From contig NZ_OMOH01000006.1 in NCBI RefSeq assembly GCF_900289195.1, positions 148,318-180,317 of the forward strand: a DNA stretch of 32,000 nucleotides, given 5' to 3'. A model generated the notes under the pieces. It ran no database searches, was not told the DNA's origin, and worked only from the letters and a program-made list of their open reading frames with translations. The translations under genes and the position numbers were made by a program. Shown piece by piece: positions 26,136-32,000 of the stretch (position 1 is its first letter; each line of letters starts with the position of its first letter). This stretch comes from Propionibacterium ruminifibrarum. GTDB taxonomy: Bacteria > Actinomycetota > Actinomycetes > Propionibacteriales > Propionibacteriaceae.

Positions 26136-26734
26136 CGGCGTCGGGCGGAGCCGACCCCGGCCCTGGCGAGCAGGGAACCGATGAACAGGCAGACCGCCAC
26201 ACCGGCCAGGCAGGAGACGATGGAGACCCCTACGATCCCCACGGACACCCCGGTGGAGGTGGTGAACTGCACCATTCCCAGGTACAGCAGGCCGTTGATG
26301 CATCCGAAGACGCACCCCGAGATGGCGAACGACCACCATGTCCATACGCGGTAGAGCAGGACCGCCAGCGGCAGCTCGACGAAGGCCGCCCCCAGCACGT
26401 TGCCGATGATCGTCGCCGGACCCGAGGGAGTGGTGAAGGCCGCGATGATGCCCATGATGAGCCCGGCGATGATTGCGGCGCCCGGTTTGCGGACGACGAC
26501 CGCCGGCAGCAGATAGGGGATGAGCCAGGCCCCCATGAACGAGCAGGCGATGAACAGGCCCCTGGGTGTGAGGAGCATGGTGGCGCTGATGTAACTGAGC
26601 GCCACGACGATGATCGAGCCCACCACGGCGAGCGCCGCGGTGATCATGAGATTGCGCGTCCCCAGGACGCTGTTGGCCAGCCCCTTGCGTGTTGACTGGT
26701 GGATGGTGTCCTGATTTGTGGCATCGCCGCTCAC
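26132..26734 (-). CDS. ECF transporter substrate-capture (S) component, YkoE-like
   Basis: It encodes a 200-aa multi-TM protein. The central block VVRKPGAAIIAGLIMGIIAAFTTPSGP resembles the YkoE pattern (RKPGAA ... NPSGP) as I recall it. The GTG start is preceded by AGGAGG (26740-26745). Confidence 0.7.
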   Translation of the reverse strand: MSGDATNQDTIHQSTRKGLANSVLGTRNLMITAALAVVGSIIVVALSYISATMLLTPRGLFIACSFMGAWLIPYLLPAVVVRKPGAAIIAGLIMGIIAAFTTPSGPATIIGNVLGAAFVELPLAVLLYRVWTWWSFAISGCVFGCINGLLYLGMVQFTTSTGVSVGIVGVSIVSCLAGVAVCLFIGSLLARAGVGSARRR

Positions 26735-26807
26735 GGCAACCTCCTGTTATTCGGTGAGCCTAGCCTTACCATAAGGGGAATCCACATCCCCCGCAAAGAC
26801 TCCCCCG

Positions 26808-26840
26808 GAGATACTATTTGAGAATGAGAATCAAAGATAC
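26808..26840. promoter_or_regulatory. AT-rich island with tandem GAGAAT hexamers; candidate promoter/operator of the ECF operon
   Basis: The plus-strand sequence is gagatactatttGAGAATGAGAATcaaagatac. GATAC direct repeats flank a TTTGA...TCAAA inverted pair. On the minus strand a TAGTAT hexamer sits about 80 nt upstream of the S-component start. Confidence 0.4.
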
Positions 26841-26944
26841 GACTGGAGGGCCGATCCGGCAACCCACCCGCGCGGTTTTGGCTTTTGCGGACAGGCACGC
26901 TATTGTTGTGGAGCCCGCTCGCGCGGGCGGTACAAGTGAATCAA

Positions 26945-27018
26945 GGCCCTGTAGCGCAGTTGGTTAGCGCGCCGCCCTGTCACGGCGGAGGTCGTGGGTT
27001 CAAGTCCCATCAGGGTCG
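26945..27018 (+). tRNA. tRNA-Asp (anticodon GUC)
   Basis: Cloverleaf by hand: acceptor GGCCCTG/CAGGGTC, D arm GCGC-AGTTGGTTA-GCGC, anticodon stem CCGCC/GGCGG with loop CTGTCAC, T arm GTGGG-TTCAAGT-CCCAT, discriminator G. CCA is not encoded. Confidence 0.9.
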
Positions 27019-27032
27019 CTCATCCTGATCTA

Positions 27033-27106
27033 GGCCAGGTAGCTCAGTTGGTAGTAGCGTACGCCTGAAAAGTGTAAGGTCGGCGGTTCGACCCCGCCCC
27101 TGGCCA
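27033..27106 (+). tRNA. tRNA-Phe (anticodon GAA)
   Basis: Cloverleaf by hand: acceptor GGCCAGG/CCTGGCC, anticodon stem TACGC/GTGTA with loop CTGAAAA, T arm GGCGG-TTCGACC-CCGCC, discriminator A. CCA is not encoded. Confidence 0.9.
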
Positions 27107-27116
27107 CCCCGCCACG

Positions 27117-27144
27117 AACCGCAGCCGCTCAGCTGCGGTTTTTT
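27117..27144 (+). terminator. intrinsic terminator after tRNA-Asp/tRNA-Phe
   Basis: It has a 9-bp stem aaccgcagc / gctgcggtt with a 6-nt loop, followed by TTTTTT. The loop contains the stop codon (27129-27131) of the convergent hydrolase gene. Confidence 0.7.
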
Positions 27145-28439
27145 CCGTGGCCCGGGCGCTCGAGGTCCGGATCGTCCGGCCCGTCCCCCGCCTGGCCGGG
27201 CCTGGACCACTTGAACCATGAGCCACGGCGTCCTCTGCGCTGAGGCCACCACCCTCTCTGGTCGCCCCGCGCCACGTCGTCCTCGCCGTCGCCCGGGGTG
27301 TCTGCGCCACCGGCCCCGGGCGCATCGCCACTCGGTCTCACGCCCCGGCGTGTCCTCGCGGCGACAGGGCGGGCGCCCTCGGATCCTCCCCGTTCGGCGT
27401 CAGGGGCCTGTTGACGAACAGCCCCCGCCCCATCGTGACGCAGGTTCTCGTGATACCGCCCGATGAGGCCGTCTGGGCGCACGTAGGCGTCGATCCAGCG
27501 GGCCATCTCGTCGAAGATCTGCCGGCGCACGGGCTCGCGGGAGAGCATGAGGTCATGGACTCCCCCGGTGACACGACGGATCGTCACCAGCGGGCCCAGG
27601 TGCGGCGCGGCGGCCGCGATGCGGTCGACGTCGAGCACGAGATCGGCCTCGTGCATGCTCTCGTCCCAGGTGCGCGAGAAGTCGCTCCGGTCGCTCGTCA
27701 TGACCAGCACGGGCGTGTCGATGTGGAGGCCGGACGCGACCCGGGCGTGGCCGGCGAGCACGGCCCTGCCCCAGCCCCAGCGGTGGATGAAGGCGGGATG
27801 CGACTTGAGGTCGAGGTCCCAGTCCCATTCGCCGTCCTCATCGGCGCGCAGGGAGCGGCGGTAGAAGCCGGTGTCGACGCCGGAGCCGAGTTCGGCCAGC
27901 GGACTCACGACGGAGATGGCTGCGGCGACCGGCGAGAGCATCCGCCACAGGGCGGGTGATCCCTGCATGTCGAGCCATGGGGAGTTCAGGATGACGCCCG
28001 CGAGCAGCCCGGGACGCCGGGAGGCCCACAGGACTCCGGTGAGTCCGCCCGTGGAGTGCCCCATGAAGGTGATGGGGACACCTGGGTGGTCGTCGTGGAT
28101 GAGCGCGACGGCCTGATCCAGCTCGGATTCGTAGTGGGCCAGATCGGTGACATACCCCGCGTACAGTCCCGGGACCAGATTCCGCCCGTAACGCCGCAAC
28201 TCCACCGCGTAGAAGTCGAAGCCCTGGGCATCGAACCAGTCGGCGAGGTGGGTCTGGAAGAAGTAGTCGTTCCAGCCGTGCAGGTAGAGGACGGCCCGGT
28301 CATGGCGGGGCGCGCCCCTTCGGACGAGAGTGGCGGTGAGTGCCACCTCCGGTTCACCCTCGGCGAGTTGCGCGCCGGGGATGGACCAGCTGCGCGCTTG
28401 GTAACCCGCCAGCAGCGGGTCCCGGACCCACCCACTCAT
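27129..28439 (-). CDS. alpha/beta hydrolase (lysophospholipase / monoacylglycerol lipase-like) with a long low-complexity C-terminal tail
   Basis: It has the nucleophile elbow GHSTGG, an HG oxyanion region (LYLHGWNDY) and a His in GGVHDL. The last approximately 116 codons are Arg/Gly/Asp/Pro-rich. Confidence 0.8.
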   Translation of the reverse strand: MSGWVRDPLLAGYQARSWSIPGAQLAEGEPEVALTATLVRRGAPRHDRAVLYLHGWNDYFFQTHLADWFDAQGFDFYAVELRRYGRNLVPGLYAGYVTDLAHYESELDQAVALIHDDHPGVPITFMGHSTGGLTGVLWASRRPGLLAGVILNSPWLDMQGSPALWRMLSPVAAAISVVSPLAELGSGVDTGFYRRSLRADEDGEWDWDLDLKSHPAFIHRWGWGRAVLAGHARVASGLHIDTPVLVMTSDRSDFSRTWDESMHEADLVLDVDRIAAAAPHLGPLVTIRRVTGGVHDLMLSREPVRRQIFDEMARWIDAYVRPDGLIGRYHENLRHDGAGAVRQQAPDAERGGSEGARPVAARTRRGVRPSGDAPGAGGADTPGDGEDDVARGDQRGWWPQRRGRRGSWFKWSRPGQAGDGPDDPDLERPGHGKNRS

Positions 28440-28455
28440 CAGGGCTCAGACAGCC

Positions 28456-28656
28456 CTAGTCGGACTCGATGTCCTGTTCGTACTTCGCCGCGAGATCGGC
28501 ATAGTTGTCGGGAATCCCGTCGTGGCTGGGCTCATCGTCGTGATGCTGCTTGCTCCGGAGCTCCCGCTCCAACGAAGCGAAGTCAGTCTCGACCGAACGG
28601 TACTTCAGGTCCCTGGCAACCTTGGTCTGCTTCGCCTTTTGCCGGCCGCGCCCCAT
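28456..28656 (-). CDS. small conserved actinobacterial protein (DUF3073-like)
   Basis: The 66-aa product has the N-terminus MGRGRQKAKQTKVARDLKYRS and an acidic C-terminus. GAGGAGG lies upstream. Its position beside purM matches my recollection of this family. Confidence 0.7.
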   Translation of the reverse strand: MGRGRQKAKQTKVARDLKYRSVETDFASLERELRSKQHHDDEPSHDGIPDNYADLAAKYEQDIESD

Positions 28657-28788
28657 GTGGGTCGACCTCCTCGCTTGGTCCCTCGCGGCGTTGCCGCGGC
28701 ATGATGAACAACTCTCGTGAGCCCTAGGCTACCCAATAGATCGGGCCGTCACCAATTGGTCTTGCACCGGCGTGACAAGCAATGCGGT

Positions 28789-29847
28789 TCAGGACCCCGG
28801 GTGTTCGCCGGTCAACTCGACGCTCGCCGCCCCCTCGTTGGACTCGGCACGACCGCAGACCCAGTTCTTCAGGCCGAACCCGTCCAGCACGCGCTGGGCC
28901 TCATCCACCTGGTCGGCAGGCAGCAGGGCGACCATGCCGACACCCATGTTGAGGGTCTCCTCGATGTCGTCCCGACTGACCCCGCCGGTGGACTGAACCA
29001 GGTCGAAGACGGGCCCGGGCCGCCAGCTGGCCCGGTCGATGGTGACCCGAATACCGTCGGGCACGACGCGGACGAGGTTGTTCGCCAGGCCGCCGCCTGT
29101 GATGTGACTCATCGCGTGCACCGTGACGGTCTTGAGGAGCGCCATGATCTCGCCGGCGTAGACGTGGGTGGGTTCCAGCAGTTCCAGCCCCAGGCTGCGC
29201 CCGAACTCGGGGATGTGCCGGTCGAGTGGCAGCCCGGCGTCCTCGAGCAGGACGCGACGCACCAGCGAGTAGCCGTTGGAGTGCAGGCCGGAGCTGGCCA
29301 TGGCCAGGGCGACGTCGCCGGCGCGCACCCGCGCGGGCCCGAGCAGCTCGTCGGCCTCGACGACGCCCGTCGTGGCGCCGGCCATGTCGTACTCGTCGGC
29401 GCCCATGAGGCCTGGGTGCTCGGCCGTCTCCCCGCCGACCAGCGCGCAACCGGCCGCGACGCAGGCGTCGGCGATGCCCTCGACGATGGCCGCGATGCGC
29501 TCGGGCACGACGTGACCGCAGGCGATGTAGTCGGTGAGGAACAGGGGTTCCGCCCCGCAGACGACGAGATCATCGACGAGCATGCCCACCAGGTCCCAGC
29601 CGATGGTGTTGTGGATGTCGAGGGCCTGGGCGAGCGCGACCTTGGTGCCGACGCCGTCGGTGCTCGTGGCGAGCAGCGGGTGACGGTACGAGGCCAGTGC
29701 GGAGGCGTCGAAGAGACCGGCGAAGCCACCGATGTCACCGAGGACCTCGGGGCGTCTGGTGCGTGCGACGTGAGCCTTCATGAGCTCGACTGCGGCGTCC
29801 CCGGCATGGATGTCGACACCCGCGCGGGCGTAGGCGGACTGGCTCAT
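28789..29847 (-). CDS. purM: phosphoribosylformylglycinamidine cyclo-ligase (AIR synthetase)
   Basis: PurM patterns are present: DIGGFAGLF, STDGVGTK, VDDLVVCGAEPLFLTDY, GGETAEHPG, HITGGGL. The start overlaps the purF stop as ATGA. Confidence 0.92.
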   Translation of the reverse strand: MSQSAYARAGVDIHAGDAAVELMKAHVARTRRPEVLGDIGGFAGLFDASALASYRHPLLATSTDGVGTKVALAQALDIHNTIGWDLVGMLVDDLVVCGAEPLFLTDYIACGHVVPERIAAIVEGIADACVAAGCALVGGETAEHPGLMGADEYDMAGATTGVVEADELLGPARVRAGDVALAMASSGLHSNGYSLVRRVLLEDAGLPLDRHIPEFGRSLGLELLEPTHVYAGEIMALLKTVTVHAMSHITGGGLANNLVRVVPDGIRVTIDRASWRPGPVFDLVQSTGGVSRDDIEETLNMGVGMVALLPADQVDEAQRVLDGFGLKNWVCGRAESNEGAASVELTGEHPGS

Positions 29848-31343
29848 GATTCATCTTCTCCACGGTCGAATTCGGCATTGCTGTAGCTGGAGCAGGACGC
29901 GGGGGCCTCCTCGGCGTTGAGCCCCATCTCGGTGGCGGCCCCGTGCGGCACCGGGATCGGGTACTCGCCGTCGAAGCAGGCGCGGCACAGGTTCTCCTTG
30001 GACACGTGCGTGGCCCGGATCAGACCCTCAAGACTGACATAGCCCAGGGAGTCGGCGCCGATGGAGCGGCAGATCTCGTCCACCGACAGGCCCGGGGCGA
30101 TGAGCTGGGCTCGCGTGGCGAAGTCGAGGCCGTAGAAACAGGGCCATTCCAGCGGGGGCGACGAGATGCGCACATGGACCTGTGCGGCACCGGCCTCGCG
30201 CAGCATCCGCACGAGCTGACGCTGCGTGTTGCCGCGCACTATCGAGTCGTCGACGACGACGAGGCGACGCCCCTCGATGACATCCCGCAGCGGGTTCAGC
30301 TTGAGCCGGATGCCCATGTTGCGCAGGGACTGGGTGGGCTGGATGAAGGTGCGACCGACATAGGAGTTCTTCACCAGCCCGTTGCCGAAGGGGATGCCCG
30401 ATTCGGCGGCGAAGCCGATGGCCCCGGGGATGCCCGATTCGGGGACGGGAATGACCAGATCGGCGTCGGCGGGCGCCTCCTCGGCAAGGATCTTGCCGAT
30501 CTTGACGCGCACGTTGTGGATGCGCCGGCCCGAGATGACCGTGTCGGGACGGGCGACATAGACGTACTCGAACAGGCACCCCTTCGGCCTGGGTGGCGCG
30601 AAGTGTGTCGAGTGCAGGCCGGACTCGTCGATGCGGAGCATCTCGCCGGGTTCTACCTCGCGGACGAAGGTGCCGCCCACGATGTCGATCGCGGCCGTCT
30701 CTGATGCGACGACCCAGCCGTTGTCGAGCCGACCGAGCACGAGGGGGCGGACCCCCTGCGGGTCGCGCGCGGCGAAGAGCGTGTTCTCGTTGATGAAGAC
30801 CAGACTGAAGGCGCCGACCAGGCGCGGCAGCAGGTTCCTGGCGACGTCCTCGAGCGGTTCGTCGTCCAGGGCCATCAGTGCGCTGACCAGGTGCGTGTCG
30901 TTGCTGGAGTCCATCTCCTCCTTGTGCGGCACCTGGCCCTTGGCCGCCCGGCCGAGGCGCTGGGCCAGCAGGTCCTCGAGTTCGTCGGTGTTGGTGAGGT
31001 TGCCGTTGTGGGCCAGGGCGAGCGAACCACGGGGGGTCGAGGCGAAGGTGGGTTGGGCGTTCCGCCAGACGCTCGAGCCGGTGGTCGAGTAGCGCGTGTG
31101 ACCGACCGCCATGTGCCCGGTCAGGGAGTTCAGGGTCGCCTCGTCGAAGACCTGACTGACCAGACCCATGTCCTTGAAGACCATGATCTGTGAGCCGTCC
31201 GACACCGCGATGCCCGCCGATTCCTGACCGCGGTGCTGCAACGCGAACAGGCCGTAGTAGGTGAGTCTGGCCACGTCCTCGCCCGGCGCGAAGACACCGA
31301 AGACACCGCACTCATCCTGCGGCCGGTCCTCGTGTCGTGTCAT
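29844..31343 (-). CDS. purF: amidophosphoribosyltransferase
   Basis: A short propeptide precedes the Ntn Cys (MTRHEDRPQDE-CGVFGV). The PRTase motif VVVDDSIVRGNT and C-terminal Fe-S cysteines (CRACFDGEYP) are present. The start is set at the ATG at 31343 rather than the track start at 31382. Confidence 0.92.
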   Translation of the reverse strand: MTRHEDRPQDECGVFGVFAPGEDVARLTYYGLFALQHRGQESAGIAVSDGSQIMVFKDMGLVSQVFDEATLNSLTGHMAVGHTRYSTTGSSVWRNAQPTFASTPRGSLALAHNGNLTNTDELEDLLAQRLGRAAKGQVPHKEEMDSSNDTHLVSALMALDDEPLEDVARNLLPRLVGAFSLVFINENTLFAARDPQGVRPLVLGRLDNGWVVASETAAIDIVGGTFVREVEPGEMLRIDESGLHSTHFAPPRPKGCLFEYVYVARPDTVISGRRIHNVRVKIGKILAEEAPADADLVIPVPESGIPGAIGFAAESGIPFGNGLVKNSYVGRTFIQPTQSLRNMGIRLKLNPLRDVIEGRRLVVVDDSIVRGNTQRQLVRMLREAGAAQVHVRISSPPLEWPCFYGLDFATRAQLIAPGLSVDEICRSIGADSLGYVSLEGLIRATHVSKENLCRACFDGEYPIPVPHGAATEMGLNAEEAPASCSSYSNAEFDRGEDES

Positions 31344-31462
31344 CACCTGATCGGTGTCGTCCGGTCGAAGAACCACGCCCACAGCCTATCGTGGGGGTCT
31401 GTCTGCGGCGCCGGGCCGGTCACGAGTGGGACGCGACCCCGGCGTCGAGGCCATGACGCGGC

Positions 31463-32000
31463 TCACCGCAGGTAGACCACGGCGTTGTTGCCGCCGGTGC
31501 ACGTGGTGACGGCGCCGGTCGCCACCACGCACGACATCGAATAGGTCCTGTTCGTCACGGGGCTGGTCGCCGTGACCTCGACGACACCGTCCGCGGCGGT
31601 GGAGGCCCTGAAGGCGGTCTCGACGTTCAGGGCGAACTGACAGGACGTCGATGAGTTGACCGCAACCGATTCACTGCACTGCGTGGCACCGTCGGGGAAG
31701 GCGACCGGAGTGGGTGTCGGGGTGGGGGTCGGTGTCGGGGTGGCGGAGGAGGACGCCGGGGCGCTCGTCGCCGCAGAGGCCTCGGGCGCCGCGGCACCGG
31801 ACTGGCCGCGCAGACCAGCGATGATCACGCCCAGAACGATGCTCAGGACGAGCAGGTGGGCCAGCCAGCCGAGCAGGAACGCCCCCCAGTAACGGCCCGA
31901 CGGGGCACCCGCCTCGCGGGCGCGGTGGGCGGCCCCGGAGGCCGGGGCCGCCCCGAAGGGGCCGAAGAAGAAGGAGATGACGGCCGTGAGTCGCACGCTC
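31463..32000 (-). CDS. membrane protein with a (Thr-Pro)6 linker and a Cys-containing C-terminal domain (5' end probably outside the window)
   Basis: The frame stays open to the window edge upstream of the track GTG at 31996. It has hydrophobic segments (ISFFFGPFG, WGAFLLGWLAHLLVLSIVLGVIIAGL), the linker TPTPTPTPTPTP, and four Cys in the last approximately 75 aa. Confidence 0.6.
   Translation of the reverse strand, partial: SVRLTAVISFFFGPFGAAPASGAAHRAREAGAPSGRYWGAFLLGWLAHLLVLSIVLGVIIAGLRGQSGAAAPEASAATSAPASSSATPTPTPTPTPTPVAFPDGATQCSESVAVNSSTSCQFALNVETAFRASTAADGVVEVTATSPVTNRTYSMSCVVATGAVTTCTGGNNAVVYLR
31706..31741 (-). repeat. (ACN-CCN)6 repeat encoding (Thr-Pro)6
   Basis: The plus-strand sequence cggagtgggtgtcggggtgggggtcggtgtcggggt lies in frame in CDS 31463..32000. 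Confidence 0.8.

Noticed and set aside
24693-26354. The 553-aa plus-strand ORF and other ORFs (25333..26202, 23736..24512) overlapping the ECF genes.
   Set aside because: They run antisense or off-frame to a gene with two complete sets of ABC motifs and have low-complexity composition.
26735-26944. A TPP riboswitch (THI-box) in the ykoE-like leader.
   Set aside because: It is expected from the ykoEDC paradigm, but CUGAGA and the ACCUGAUC...GCCAGCG core are absent on the minus strand. The apparent UTR after the candidate -10 is only about 75-80 nt.
16968-26944. Calling the inter-tRNA segment a mobile element or genomic island feature.
   Set aside because: No integrase, transposase, conjugation gene or flanking direct repeat was seen. 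Only context and a qualitative composition shift support foreign origin, so it is reported as a finding rather than annotated as a mobile element.
28717-31311. ORFs 28717..29886 (plus strand) and 30028..31311 (minus strand, off-frame) overlapping purM and purF.
   Set aside because: The purM and purF frames are unambiguous by motif content. These are shadow frames.

Overview
This is a high-GC chromosomal window, compositionally Actinomycetota-like; the genus cannot be assigned from sequence alone. It is mostly housekeeping genes with some accessory blocks. From left to right:

- **Menaquinone cluster (1-8677):** menF (partial), menG/ubiE and menA. It is interrupted by an aldehyde dehydrogenase, an ABC ATPase paired with a 607-aa polytopic membrane protein, and a RecB/Cas4-like Fe-S nuclease fused to an RNase-H-like exonuclease.
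- **Mixed block (8813-13105):** a small PLDc_N-type membrane protein, a PRC-barrel protein, a dCMP deaminase, a CDF metal exporter, and a patatin-like lipase that overlaps a second PRC-barrel gene.
- **Orphan gene (13201-14229):** a membrane-anchored protein with an 18-Asp tract and a Cys-bracketed aromatic C-terminus.
- **tRNA-Lys and cell wall (14783-16805):** tRNA-Lys sits between two long non-coding stretches, followed by a secreted 4xSH3b-NlpC/P60 hydrolase.
- **About 10 kb between tRNA-Glu and tRNA-Asp/Phe (16968-26944):** fucO, a tetR-MFS-FtsX-ABC efflux operon with twin palindromic sites, and a YkoE-type ECF importer whose two ATPase domains and T component form one reading frame.
- **Right end (27129-32000):** an alpha/beta hydrolase, a DUF3073-like gene, purM, purF and a partial membrane protein.

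I found no rRNA, CRISPR array, transposase or integrase. Many long ORFs in the track are antisense or off-frame shadows, as expected in high-GC DNA.

I did not find an unambiguous new system. The best candidates for follow-up are the tetR-controlled dual-efflux operon and its operators, the fused ECF module with an AT-rich operator-like island where a THI-box might be expected, the men-embedded nuclease, the patatin/PRC-barrel pair and the poly-Asp protein.

All family assignments rest on motif recognition by eye and remembered family consensus, not on searches.
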